From positions 4,526,001 through 4,590,000 of the forward strand of contig OX597834.1 of NCBI GenBank assembly GCA_951406725.2: DNA of 64,000 nt, in the 5' to 3' direction. This DNA is from Octopus vulgaris (taxonomy: Eukaryota). Shown here piece by piece: positions 29,217 through 42,599 of the stretch. Both the position numbers and the translations under genes were made by a program. Position 1 is the first letter of the stretch; every line of letters starts with the position of its first letter. The notes under the pieces are model-generated. The model saw only the letters and a program-made list of their open reading frames with translations. It had not been told where the DNA came from and did no database searches.

Positions 29217-29384
29217 TACGACGGGCTTCTTTCAGTTTCCGTCTACCAAATCCACTCACAAGGCATTGGTCGACCCGAGGCTATAGTAGAAGACACTTGC
29301 CCAAGGTGCCACGCAGTGGGACTGAACCCGGAACCATGTGGTTGGTAAACAAGCTACTTACCACACAGCCACTCCTGCGCCTAT
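28630..29384 (-). mobile_element. Two adjacent SINE family A copies (28630-29028 full; ~29065-29384 lacking the 3' end)
   Basis: The head ccacacagccactcctg occurs at ~29011 and ~29361. Confidence 0.85.
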
Positions 29385-29901
29385 ATTGTTTATCGAATTT
29401 AATATATATAGGGTAAAATTAATTCTGATGCACATAAATGAAGACATGAGATATAAAAGATGTAATGAATATAAAAGAGACAGAGTGGAGCTATAGGAGG
29501 ATACGTTAGTAAATTAATATAGTCTTTGGATGAAGAGCGTAAGATGTAAGAACCAAATTATTATAGTTTATGCTTAATTAACAATTGTCTTTGAAAAGTC
29601 TTTTGGTCTGTATTCTTCCAATGCTTGAAATGCTGCACTTGGATATGGCATCGCGACAGGAAATAAAAGCAGTTAAAGTTCTGCAAGAGTAACACAAAAT
29701 ATATGTTTATATCCTGCGGTATGCTTCAAAGGAAGGCGAGATGGGAGTATTTATTGCCATAGCTCAAATTTATGCAAATGGATTTTGGTTCTACATAATC
29801 ATATGTAGGCGAAATGTAGGTGTTTGTGTATAGGCGTCACAGGTAGATCTTGTATTCTCAAATCCAGAAAAGAGATAAAATACATATTTTCTTTTATCAG
29901 A

Positions 29902-29961
<60 letters not shown>

Positions 29962-30516
29962 GTATGTGTGTGCATGTGTGTATGTGTGTGGGGGTGACTA
30001 TTCATCATTTTTTTGCATTTCTATTAATACTTTCTCGTTTTCTAGGACAAGGATCATGTGAATGTTTATATATAGAAAAAAACCGGTTATATCTAAATAA
30101 ATATTTACATAGGAATGTGTGTGGGGGGTGACTATATATATATATATATAGTCACCCCCACACACATACACACATACATGCGCACACATCACCTGAACAA
30201 GCACACATCAACAACTACACACAACACACACACACATACGTTAGACTCACACATCCTCATTCACACATACACACTCACAATACGCTTGTGCACCTTAGTT
30301 AGTTGGGAGCCACTCTTCAAAGCTTTACCGTTATTATTATTATTGTTTCTCTTTATCAAATGTTTTGTTGGAGCTTCCGGAGTCTTACATGCGCAACGGG
30401 CTTCCTTTTCATTCAACCTCTTTTTTCTAGTCATCTCGTCATGTTGGACCGCTGAACTCTGCCCTTTTTTTCTCTCCGTCTTCATTTCATTCTCTCCATA
30501 TTCTTCCTCTAAATCA

Positions 30517-30552
30517 TTTCCGTCGAAGAACGTAGGCTCGAAACGTAAAAGA
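30517..30552 (+). ncRNA. Minimal variant hammerhead (copy 1 of a tandem pair, more degenerate)
   Basis: TTT-CCGTCGA-A-GAAC gtag GCTC-GAAAC-GTA^AAAGA, 134 nt upstream of copy 2. Confidence 0.45.
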
Positions 30553-30648
30553 CTTTTTCATTTTCCCCGAACATTAAATTAATATACCTGCTTGTTGTTC
30601 CTACAGCTGTTTCTCTCCTTGTTTCTCTCCGTGTTTCTTTTCTGTGTA

Positions 30649-30686
30649 TCTTTCTGTTGAAGAGCGTAGGCTCGAAACGTAAAAGA
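30649..30686 (+). ncRNA. Minimal variant hammerhead (copy 2 of a tandem pair)
   Basis: TCTTT-CTGTTGA-A-GAGC gtag GCTC-GAAAC-GTA^AAAGA. Stem III has no loop, so it can form only as a dimer. Confidence 0.55.
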
Positions 30687-30782
30687 CTTGTTTTATTTAT
30701 ATTCCTGAGCGCCATACTAATACAATTGTTTGTTTGTACTCTACCTGCCTTCGTCTTTTGTTTATTTTCATAAAGCTTCCCG

Positions 30783-30851
<69 letters not shown>

Positions 30852-30854
<3 letters not shown>

Positions 30855-31044
30855 GGTCCCGGGTTGAGTCGGGGTTAACCACAGTAAATAAGGTACTCAA
30901 TACATAGCAGAGTAAATTAATTTATTTTATAGAAGGAGTTCTACAGGACTAGAACTGTTTCATTCAAAAGAAATCATCAGGAAGCTTCCTGATGATTTCT
31001 TTTGAATGAAACAGTTCTAGTCCTGTAGAAGCTCCTTCTATAAA

Positions 31045-31050
<6 letters not shown>
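30852..31050. mobile_element. Short Penelope-like remnant with inverted duplication, inside (TA)n
   Basis: Near-perfect palindrome 30920-31050 centred on GAAG|CTTC with one indel. A unique tail lies at 30852-30919. (TA)n on both sides. Confidence 0.7.
30983..31033 (+). ncRNA. Type I hammerhead ribozyme in the right arm of a palindrome
   Basis: AGCTTC-CTGATGA-tTTC tttt GAAt-GAAACAG ttctagtc CTGTA^GAAGCT. 6-bp stem I, 4-bp stem III, GUA site after 31027. Confidence 0.82.
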
Positions 31051-31096
<46 letters not shown>

Positions 31097-31467
31097 TTTT
31101 ACTTTCAATTGTATTTACGATTTAGCGGCATTAGGTAAAATTACAACCATTGTTTTAAACTAAATTATTTTCCTTTTACTGAGCGAACCAAGCATCCTTG
31201 CAGAGTATTTTACTAACCATACATCGTATCTCGCCTGGGGTATGATATAAGTAAATATCGAAAACAAATGGCGTTTGTATTCACCTAAAACTGTAGAAAA
31301 TGACAAAGTAAGAGAAACAACGTATACAAAATTGTAAAATATAAAATACTGTATAATATAAAATTCTCTATTGTTAAGATCAATAATTGAAAAGGCTGTG
31401 TATATTATGGTATTCGTATCTAGATTTTCAAGATATTAACAGTCGAATCTTAAGGGAAGAAACGTAC

Positions 31468-31915
31468 AATTAATAGTCAAGACTATTTAAGCATTTTATC
31501 TGATCAAATTCATTCTATGGTTTCGGAACTGTTTCCGGAGGGAAACCCACTATTTCAGGATGATAATGCACCAATTCGCGCAGATAAAGTTGTTACTGAA
31601 TGGCACGAGGAACATTCTGGTGAAGTAGAACATCTTATCTGGCCACTACAGTCCCTAGATCTCAATATTATTGAACATTTATGGTGCATTTTATAAAAAC
31701 AAGTAAGGAGTCGATATCCTCCACCATCATCACTACAAGAACTGGAGACTGTTTTAGCTGAAGAATGGACAAAAATACCTTTGGAAATAATTCAAACTTT
31801 GTACGATTCCATACCTCGTAGAATTCAAGCTGTAATTACTGCCGAAGGCGGCCCTACCACATAGTAGAATAAATTTGTTTGAAATTTTAAGGTGTTTCCA
31901 TTATTTTGTCTAGCC
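31468..31915 (+). pseudogene. Tc1-family transposase 3' remnant with right TIR
   Basis: FQDDNAP...WPLQSLDLNIIEHLW..*..SIPRRIQAVITAEGGPT, then TIR-like aaggtgtttccattattttgtc. Confidence 0.85.
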
Positions 31916-32311
31916 ACCATATATATATATATATATATATAGTGTAATAAATAAAATATATGTATACATACAAACATATATGTACGTACCGACATCTACA
32001 TGTATATATACATGCATATATAAATATATATACGTACAGGACACCACAAGAAGACGTAAAAATCAACAGAAACGAAAACGGAAGAGCCATTTTGTTACAA
32101 CCGAAGGACAGAGACGTGCAACAAGATGACAACGAAAACGGGAAAAACAATTATGTACAGCAGAAAAACGAAGTACAGGACATGCTGCACAAGGAAAAAT
32201 CCCCTTCATCAGCTGTCGCTAGCAGACATAGCGTGTTTCGAAGTATCTTCTTCTATAGCGTCGGGTCGACCAAAGCCTTGTGTGTAGACGGAAACTGAAA
32301 GAAGTCCGCCG

Positions 32312-32373
<62 letters not shown>

Positions 32374-32639
32374 AATTCAACTTACTACACCTCTCATCAA
32401 ACAATTAGAATTGCGTAAATCCTGCAGCATTCTGTTAACAGCATCTACTGATTTTTTTATGGAGCAACATTGTAGCTTCGTGCCATAAGATCAAAGAACA
32501 TTTCATGAGAACTTGAGCTAAAGAACTTTTACTAATATTACAGACAGGTTCATCATTTGAAGTTAAATTGAATGGGGGCTTGAATGCTGCATGAGCTGTT
32601 TGACCTCCTGGAAGTAAAGTCGAGGCAATTCCAGAGCTC

Positions 32640-33090
32640 GCTTCAGCTAAGACTCTACTCCATGGAGCGAAGGTGGGAGAGATATGCAATAATATACATC
32701 TGGAAGATCCTGGAAAGGATTGTCCGAAATTTTGGCATTTAAAGCTACACAAATACCAGAAGCGGTCGCCACTGTACAGTACCAAAGATCCCAACAATGC
32801 CGTCGCGCTTCAGGACCAGTTACTGCAACAACCTGGGTTTCAAGGGCCCACAGCTTTTTAATATTCTCCCAAAGAGCCTGAGAGACCTACAGAAAGTGAA
32901 TGTATATGTTTTCAAAACCAAACTGGATCTCTTCCTGTGGAGAGTCTCAGATGACCCTACCTCGCGACAGGAGGCGCAAATGAGGGCAGCAACATCAAAG
33001 TCCTTTATTCACCAAATTCCACATATCAGAGGAGGCTCTCAATAATAACAATAGGGTAGCAAAGCATGGCTGCAGCTTTGAGCTGAAACC
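32640..33090 (+). pseudogene. CR1/L2-group LINE ORF2 C-terminus and 3' tail
   Basis: LGFKGPQLFNILPKSLRDL..FKTKLDLFL..RAATSKS, followed by agcatggctgcagctttgagctgaaac. Confidence 0.7.
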
Positions 33091-33462
33091 GATAAAGCAG
33101 AAAGTGGTATGTTAATCCGATAAAAATTATATCCCTTAGACCCTTCATTTATTTATTGTTAATTTGGAAGTGGCGCATAAAAATTAATTTCCTTAGACCC
33201 TTCATTTATTTTTGAAATGCAATTTTATACATGCTGGAAAAGGGCCAGTAGCTTCCTTCGGAGGACCGCTAGAGACTCGGGACCACTTCCATTGTCTTCG
33301 TGAAATTTTACACACGAAAAAACTTTTAGTTTTTGTATCGACGCTGTAGTTTTTCTTCCTATAGGTGGACAGACACACACAGACATCGATTTTTATTATA
33401 CAGTTACACATACACATATACACACACACTTTCACACACTCTCTCTTTCTCACACACACACA

Positions 33463-33530
<68 letters not shown>

Positions 33531-36500
33531 CTCGTATATAACTGTGACCAGCAACTGTTTCACAAAGATATATATACGTATATATACACATACATATATA
33601 AACACACACACACACACACGAGTTTGCATGTGTGTGTTATTATTGTCGTCTCAATATGAATGCATTCAAAAGTGAAAGCAGCATTTTTTCTAAATTGTGA
33701 TTGTGTCTGTTTCACTGACGATTCTTGGGTACCTGTACATCACACCTCTACTTTTATGATTAGAAGCTGTTGACTTGAGTCGATGGCTGTCACCACTGTC
33801 AATCTTAAATTAGTGAACTTATTCGTTAACTAATGAAAAAATATTCCTTACCCCAGATTTCGTTGCGTTTTCCTTTGCATGGTATCCATGCTAGCAAGCC
33901 TCGAATTATACCAGTGTCCTACTATATGGACGCAGTCAAAGTTATTTGTAGATGTAACATTGGTCGGCATTCTTCTCATAACCAAAAAGACTGCAATGAA
34001 TATGACTGTGTGATCTGCATTCCTGTAATATCCTATAGTCTAGAAAATTAATTCCCTGATGCTCTGAAATGTAAGTCTCAGGACGTTGTTTCACTTGCTT
34101 TAGATGTATTGCGTACAAAACAACAATAAATCCAATACGAATAATGTTAACTTTGAAGTAGACTTTTCAAAAGCAGAAAAAAATCCATTATATATCTAGA
34201 ATACGTGTGCAATAGGCTCTGTTCGCAAAAAAAGTCAATGAAAAGAAAGATTAGACGGCAAGGAGGTAACTATATTAATGTTTATTATTTACGGTCAGAA
34301 GATTTAATGTTTTACGCCAGATTCTATTACACATGTATTCTTGATATAAATGGATATATTTTGCTTTGAAATATAAGAATTCACTAAATCTACTGCAAAG
34401 TTAACATTATACGCAGTGCATTTGTGGTTAGTACCGTATCTGATTTAAACTATCAAATCAACCAGTCATAAAGCTCTGAATCACGATCTTCTCAAAATAC
34501 AACGAAGGAACATCACACATAAAACAGAGATTGAGCCTAAAGTATCTCAATACCCTTGTAGCATTCACTAAATAATATTTTATTCATAAATAAAGTTTCA
34601 TGAACAGTCACGCACACGCAAACACAGAAACCTACTATGTGCGTAAAGTAACACATTTATCAACTCGGTGAAGTTGTGTCTATCCGTTAAAATTTATGTT
34701 GTGCAGACTTCAAAACCTAAAAAACATAAAAGCAAAACATAAAGTCAAATTTATCGATCGATTAATGGATTGTGGGATACATCGTTGTATTAACATATTG
34801 AGATACAATTTAATAAGAATATGTAGAGGATGATGATCATACTTATTTCTCAGGATAGAAACACAAACGCATCTGTGTGTATGTACCTGTATGCATCTGT
34901 TGAAATATATACATGTGTGTGAACATGCATACACACACACTCACAAAGACATATATATAAATACACACACATATATATACATATACATAAATACACACTC
35001 ATACACATATATATAGATAAATAAATTTGGCCACCACATGTTATCCTACAGTAGGATATATTCTAGGGATTGGTACACAAGTGGAAACCCTGTTTCCATA
35101 AGATTGATATAAGAAAAATATAAGATGAGAACAGAGGATATCAGACTTTGATAATTCATCACAACATTTGTTTCTGAACCGCGCACCAAAACATGACATA
35201 ACGTTTCTTACGGCCGTTTTCGCTTCCGATGTTAGTCGGTGCTTACGAAAGAAATTCCGAAAATAATATTCGTCATCTTCATAGCACATTTGATCTAGTA
35301 CATGGAGCTTCATCAGAGCGAATACAAATGCGTAAAATAAAATAAACGAAGAGAAGAAGGAATAGGAGAAAGCAGGGCCTCGAGAAGTGGTTAAAAAGGC
35401 TCAATATATTAAAATCATACCATCTTGCAGTGTGGAGCTTTGAAGTCGATAGGCAAAAGAGTGAACTAGCAGTGGTCTAGGGAAACATTTACGGGTTATT
35501 TCTATATAAAGGGGGAGCCAGGGTGTTTGAATAGTAGTGAAATGAAGTTAGTACTAATATAAGGCAAGAATTACCAATATGTCTAGAAAAAGAATAGTAC
35601 TTATGATATCGCAAATAGGGCTAGTTGATAATTATCCAAAACCCAAACCGTAGGGTTCTTATAATGGTGTGCTTACTGAAATATTGTAGAGACCAGCAGT
35701 TGTTGTCTGCAATGGAATTGACCAAAGTCTATCCATCTCAACAATTGGTCAGTTATATTTGAACTAAGGGCAAAAGTTAAGACCGTACAGGTGATATGTA
35801 AATAAAGAAGAAAACGAACCAGTAAATAAAAAAGTGCGGGGGAGAAGACAGTAATATAAGTGGCACGAGGCCGCTTATGGCCTTCTTTAACTTCTCAACA
35901 TAAAATAAATATGAATAAAATAAATAGATAAAATACTATTAGTTAATTACCTACAAAAAAATAATGCGGAATCTTACATCTTAGATAGCCAGTAAAATTC
36001 CAAGTGGTGGTAATAATGGACGACGAAGTAAATGTGTACACGTACCTAAATAAATTCTGCCCCATAGGTACACGAAAGGGCAAAAGCACAAGACCATGAA
36101 CATTTAAGCGATTAAAAAATAAAATTAAAACAAATCCTGTTTACTACCATGGTTAAGAATTCTCGACCGGCACTTTTCGGACGATAATGGTCCTTATTAG
36201 TGTATATGTTCCCCTTTATGTGCGTTTAAGTACAGCATTATAGCATTTAGCTCTTATTTCTAGCAATGTAGGTGTTTTCTAACACCCGGGTCACATTTAG
36301 GGACATTTATATATAAATTCTCAAACATAATATTATGTATATACCTGTAAAGCATTTTGTAATATTTACGGAAAAGTTTCCAGCTCAGTGGATATACAGC
36401 CAAATTTTTTATATGTACTACAACTCCTTATTTTACTAATAATATTAATGCATTAATTAATTAATCTAAATGAAATTAACTGAAATTAAATTAATTTAAA

Positions 36501-36847
36501 AGCTGTTTTTACTGAAATCATTAGAAATTTTGTGTTACGTTAATCAGAAAAGCGTTAGTGGTTTAAATTGATTGATATTTAAGCTGATAAACGGTGTCTT
36601 TATTAACATAAAACATCATTCCTGATGATGTGGATGAACATAGCATTTAGGTTAATTAAATTAAAATTAATTAAATTATAATTAATTAATCTTGTCTGAC
36701 AATTCAAAATTCTGTAATTATACATCTGAAGATGTTTATCTTTGTGAAACAGGTGTTGATCACAATTAAGGTGTGAATTCTTTTCTCCAGTTATGCTAAA
36801 TATGTTTCACTAAAAAGTTGTTTTAATCGAATATATATATATATATA

Positions 36848-36917
<70 letters not shown>

Positions 36918-36965
36918 CACACATACATACGAGGGTAAGTAAAAATTTACCTGTACTTTCCCCAT

Positions 36966-37013
<48 letters not shown>

Positions 37014-37314
37014 CACACTGCCTTCTGTGCATACATGCTTATAGTTGGTACTATTGTGGTCACGTGATCGAAGTTTGAGCCTGATCGTGCTATTTTTCTT
37101 TCTGACTTGACAGTGTAAGCATGGCCGCTCCACTTGCAATCTACTGAAATTTCGCATCTGGAATTCAGAAGTGTGGCGGAGTTCTTGGATCTGAAAAGAA
37201 TCTGTGCTCTTTCAGCTAAGCATTGCTGACATCTTTTTTTATCTGTTTACATATGGTATTAATTTTTCAACTATTTTCCACCTCATAGTATGTGGCGTGG
37301 CTTTAGGTTTCAAA

Positions 37315-37545
37315 CCTCATACACTTCCACCGTACTCTCTTGATTTGGCATTAACGGATTTCCACCTCTTTGGATCTCTTTCAAATGCTATGCGCGGAGT
37401 TTCGCTCAATACTAATGCAGAATTGAGAGCTTGGTTGGATCAATTTTTCGAGTCGAAATCGGGTTATTTCTACCAAGGAGGTATTCGAAAATCTTGTTGA
37501 ACGTTGGGAAGAAGTTGTAAACAACAAGGGTGAATACATTATTGA
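37315..37545 (+). pseudogene. mariner transposase C-terminal remnant
   Basis: PPYSLDLALTDFHLFGSL..W..FFESK...FY..GI matches the YSPDLAPxD motif. A tacgaggg TIR-like start lies at ~36928. Confidence 0.8.
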
Positions 37546-38330
37546 TGAATTAATTGTGTTTTTTTATTAAACATTTATAAAATTTGAATTAAAAAAACGG
37601 AGGGAACTCAATATAACGAAGATAGCTTAATATTTATAATAAATATTTAAGTACGAATATAATGACACATCCCAAAGTCAATACAAATATCTTCACTTGA
37701 ACTTATTACGAAATATTATGAATTAATCCACTTAAAAATTTTTTGTTGATATGCCACATTACTATACAATTTAAAATTTAAAATAACAACCCTTTAGTCT
37801 CAATACAAGAAACCTACAAAGGATGCACTATAAAATAAAACCTTGTTTTCCCTCAAGCAATAAATTTCAGTTAGAATAAGGAACTTCTACAACGTCCATC
37901 ATAATAAATAATCTGGCCTCAATGTAATTTCGTTAAGTAATGTTAGCAAATTATACATTTAGGTATATTTAATGATACATTTATTACTTTATTTATCCAT
38001 TATGAAATAAACCTGTGTGCAAAATAAATGAACAAATATATACACATACATATGCATAAATATAAATATATATATATACACACACATATTAATATACATA
38101 TATACATAGATATAGATACACATATACATACATATGCATACACATATACATACATACATATATATATATATATAAATTTATACATATAGACATAAATATA
38201 TATACAGACACACATATAAATATACATATATACATAGATATAGATACACATATACATACATATACATACACACACACACATATAAATATATAAATATACA
38301 CATTTATTTATATATATATTTATGTGTGTA

Positions 38331-38391
<61 letters not shown>

Positions 38392-38677
38392 GTATGTATG
38401 TATATACATATACATGTCACGAGTTTGAAAGAATAATGCCTATTGTCCAGAATCGAACCATTACACACTGTATGTGCCTCTACAAAAACTTTTAAACGGT
38501 AAGCATAAAGACAGTAAATTTCCGAAAGTCATTTGCTGTTCTGTTTCGATCCAAGATTTGGAAATACGAATTTTATACATCAGCACCTATGTATGTATGT
38601 ATGTGTATGTATGTATGTATGTATGTATGTATGTATGTATGTATGTATGTATGCATGCATGTATGTTTGTACGTACG

Positions 38678-38711
<34 letters not shown>

Positions 38712-38745
38712 TGTATGTACGTATGTATGTATGTATGTATGTATG

Positions 38746-38779
<34 letters not shown>

Positions 38780-38986
38780 CGTACGTATGTGTGTGTGATA
38801 TAGATATATAGATTGACATATATATATATATACACACATATACATATATATATATACATATACATATATATACATATATAGACACACTAATAAGAACATT
38901 TATATATATATGTATGTGTAAATATTTAATCTATATACTTAGATATATAAACATATATATATTGATGTATCCATATGTATGTGTAA

Positions 38987-39026
<40 letters not shown>

Positions 39027-40255
39027 CATAACTATGCATACATACACACACACACACACATATATATATGCGTGTGATTTTGTGTGCATGTATGCTGATA
39101 TGTATGCACATATACACATGTATATGATATAAAATTCATTTGAACAAAGACAGTCTCGCACACTGAATGATATTAACTATCAAATAACTTACCTCATTGG
39201 CAGGAAACACAAGGTGGAAGAAATTTTATCAATCTATTTTAGCTTCTAATTACTTCTCTATAATTATTATAAGTGAACATGGATGTGCCGATTACTTTAA
39301 TTTCATTCCAATCGCTTCTGTTTATAGAAATCACTTAGAAAGAAATAAAACGGAACGTATTTATTCAATTTCGCATCTGATTACACTTTTGCAGTTTTCC
39401 ATCTGTCTAATTGCTATCAAATAATTAAACAACCATTTGTACATCATATATACTTAGCCCGCCCATACCGTTCAGAAATAAGTTTATTGAGGATATAAAA
39501 AGATTTAACAGTAGAAACATTTACCGTTTCTTTATACGTATTTCTTTGTCTATGCTACTTTGTTCTCTTGGATCTTTTGTTTTTATTTTGCATATTTCGC
39601 ACGAGGTGTATTTTATATACAACCCACAGTATGTCACGGCCTAGGAGCTTAACACCAATCTTTAATTTGATGAAATAAAATATGTAGTAACCACACACTC
39701 ACACACACATTTTTAAATTGGCTTCAATCATTCGACTGCGACCATGCTGAAGCACAGCCTTTAGTCGAACAATTCGACTCCAGGACTTATTCATTGTAAG
39801 CTTAATACTTATTCTATCGGTCTTTTTTGCCGAACCGCTCACAGACAGATCAGGCGAACATATTTTTGTAAAGATAAATGTGACCAAAGAAGCATCCAAA
39901 ATCTATTCGGCCCTAACTTCTACAAGGCGTGTTTTTCGTGGGTTTTTATATTGGTGTGCCGGCTATGTTTATGTATGCATATCTACACATATACATAGTA
40001 GTTTTATATGTTTATATGTACGTGTGTGTATACATGTATGTATATATGTTTATATATACATATTGAGATAATGATGCAAATAAACAAATAAACACTCTTG
40101 GGCTTGATATATAAAATATACACACATACACACATACATACATGTAAATATATATTGAGATGTATATATAGAGAAAACCCAAATGAAAATTTTCAGATGA
40201 ACGTTCATGTATCAGTATATAGACATTTATAAACCGGCAGATGCCAATCTCTTCA

Positions 40256-40347
40256 CCCTGAAGACGGAGGCCGGTTTTACGGTGATGGTTATATGCATCA
40301 AATATCATTTATTTTTGAAATTTTGAGCTCCCAGAAACAGCTGTCGG
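40256..40347 (+). ncRNA. Degenerate type I hammerhead ribozyme with long loop II
   Basis: CC-CTGAAGA-cGGAG..~58nt..CTCCca-GAAAC AGCT GTC^GG. Palindromic stem III and GUC site, but stem I is short and the base of stem II is imperfect. Confidence 0.5.
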
Positions 40348-40555
40348 ACTCGAAATGTCAAGCTCCCTTATCTTAGCTTTCTGTACTGTTTGTACTTCAT
40401 GTAAGTCTCTGTTATAAATATATAACTATATAAACATCTATCGGCGGTGCATTAGCATGGCCGCAGCTCTGAGCTGAAACAAGAAAAAAAAAATTATACT
40501 TGATAATTCTGAATATTTTCAGTCTTTGTATATCCCTATATATATACACACACAC

Positions 40556-40643
<88 letters not shown>

Positions 40644-41455
40644 ATATACATAGACATACATACATCTATATATATGTATGTATGCATACATATACATACA
40701 TGCATATATATATATTTACATGTATATATCTATACCGCGAACCTAAGTCCTCGATATAGATTTCAGTGTGTAAGTTCAAGTCATTTAAGCACTACTACTA
40801 TGCTCAGCATTTCTGAATCTCACCCGTTGATTGTATATATACATATGTCTTTGTATATATTTATGCCTGAGTATGTATAGATCAAGTTTAGAAACCACTT
40901 CTTTCTCTATTGGCAAGAAACCTTGAAATAAAACTGAATAATGACATACATACATAAATACATATATCCATTAAAGTTGATCCGTCACAAAGCCTGTACA
41001 TCCGATTGTTACGGCATATATGCATAACGTAAAATGAAAGAAATATATTAATCCCGCAACTTCCAGAATCGTTCGAGTGTTCGTCTCCTCTCAATTCTGT
41101 TATTTAACGTTGACTCTATTGAGATGATAAAGGAAGTTTTCGCATTTCTTCATCTTCACTAACTCCAAATGGAATATGCAGTTCTGTCAGAATAGGTGAA
41201 TCTCCGATTTTATGTTTTCTAAAGATAACTTATTTTTAGAGTGACTCAAAGAAAGAAAGAGGAACACCAGGACAATATTTAGGATACATGTTGATGGAGA
41301 TTTGAAAAGCATGATTATTTAGCTGGAACTCAATTGCAACATCTTAATGTATTTAAACATCTTGGGATTCACGTGAAAGAAAGTATGTTGCTACATTACT
41401 AGATAAAAAAAATAATTTCTAACATCTCTTTACATACCCTATTATGTATTCACAG

Positions 41456-41526
41456 GTGATCTGCGTTTTTCATATTGTTAGACATAACGGATTATGGACA
41501 CTATACCAGGGAAGATTGAAGATCAG
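41456..41526 (+). other. Candidate spliced exon of an unidentified host gene
   Basis: Branch-like TTCTAAC at 41417, acceptor ttcacag|G and donor CAG|gtagga. ATG at 41494 gives MDTIPGKIEDQ in phase 0. Confidence 0.3.
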
Positions 41527-41809
41527 GTAGGATTTCCAACTTGTGTATTTCAACGAAGCCTTATTAAATCGTAAATTAACAATCCGCTGAACGAATACAT
41601 TCAACGAACATTCTGTCTGCTACTAAACTACTTAAGAATTAACTACAAAACAGAGGTTATGTCGATATAGTCAAGCAAATTGAATGGATCATATAATATT
41701 CTGCAATACATACATACGCTTCACGTCACAAGAGTTGAAAGTAGAAAAGAACTGAAAATGCTATCTTCATTGGGAGCGTATGGACAAGAGAACAGCAGCG
41801 TCGACGACG

Positions 41810-41860
<51 letters not shown>

Positions 41861-42167
41861 ACAACAACAACAACAATCATAAACAATGCTTGCGAAGATA
41901 GTTCGTTATGTCAATAAATGTTATAATATCATTATGGTTTTCTGTTAAAGAAAGACTGAAAATATTCAGAATTGTCAGTTATAATTATAAAGATGTTTAT
42001 ATATACTCAATGTATTCCTTATTCTGTGTAACGACCTTTCTTTCTAATTTCAGATTCTTTAGTTTTTGGGTGAACCACTCCAACAGCTTTTGAGTGAATA
42101 TAACCCATTTAGACATTTTTTCTCAGAAAATGAAGGGTGATGATACGCATTAAGAATACATTGAGTA

Positions 42168-42530
42168 TGGCCTAGTGGTTAGGGCAGCGGACTCGCGGTC
42201 ATAGGATCGCGGTTTCGATTCCCAGACCGGGCGTTGTGAGTGTTTATTGAGCGAAAACACCTAAAAGCCCCACGAGGCTCCGGCAGGGATGGTGGTGATC
42301 CCTGCTGTACTCTTTCACCACAACTTTCTCTTACTCTTACTTCCTGTTTCTGTTGTACCTGTATTTCAAGGGCCGGCCTTGTCACTCTCTGTGTCACGCT
42401 GAATATCCCCGAGAACTACATTAAGGGTACACGTGTCTGTGGAGTGCTCAGCCACTTACACGTTAATTTCACGAGCAGGCTGTTCCGTTGATTCGGAGCC
42501 CTCATCGTCGTAATCGACGGAGTGCTTCCA
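42168..42530 (+). mobile_element. tRNA-derived SINE, family B
   Basis: tggcctagtggttagggcagcggactcgcgg...gacggagtgcttcca. Confidence 0.9.
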
Positions 42531-42599
42531 TCCACATTGAGTATATATTTAACAGACAGCCATAATGATATTATAACATTTATTGACATAATGAACTAT

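Larger units (their letters stand above)
30230..30784 (+). mobile_element. Penelope-like pLTR remnant carrying tandem minimal HHRs
   Basis: Ends ...cataaagcttcccgt then (TA)n. Homologous to 20121-20327 on the minus strand. Confidence 0.55.

Noticed and set aside
32200-32243. Minus-strand GAAAC...GTC...CTGATGA arrangement in a TA-anchored element (similar relic at ~49775)
   Set aside because: Half-cores are in permuted order with poor stem I and II register. Possibly a PLE remnant, but no foldable ribozyme.
36726-36760. CTGAAGA...GAAACAGGTGTT hammerhead-like motif
   Set aside because: Stems I and II do not pair convincingly.
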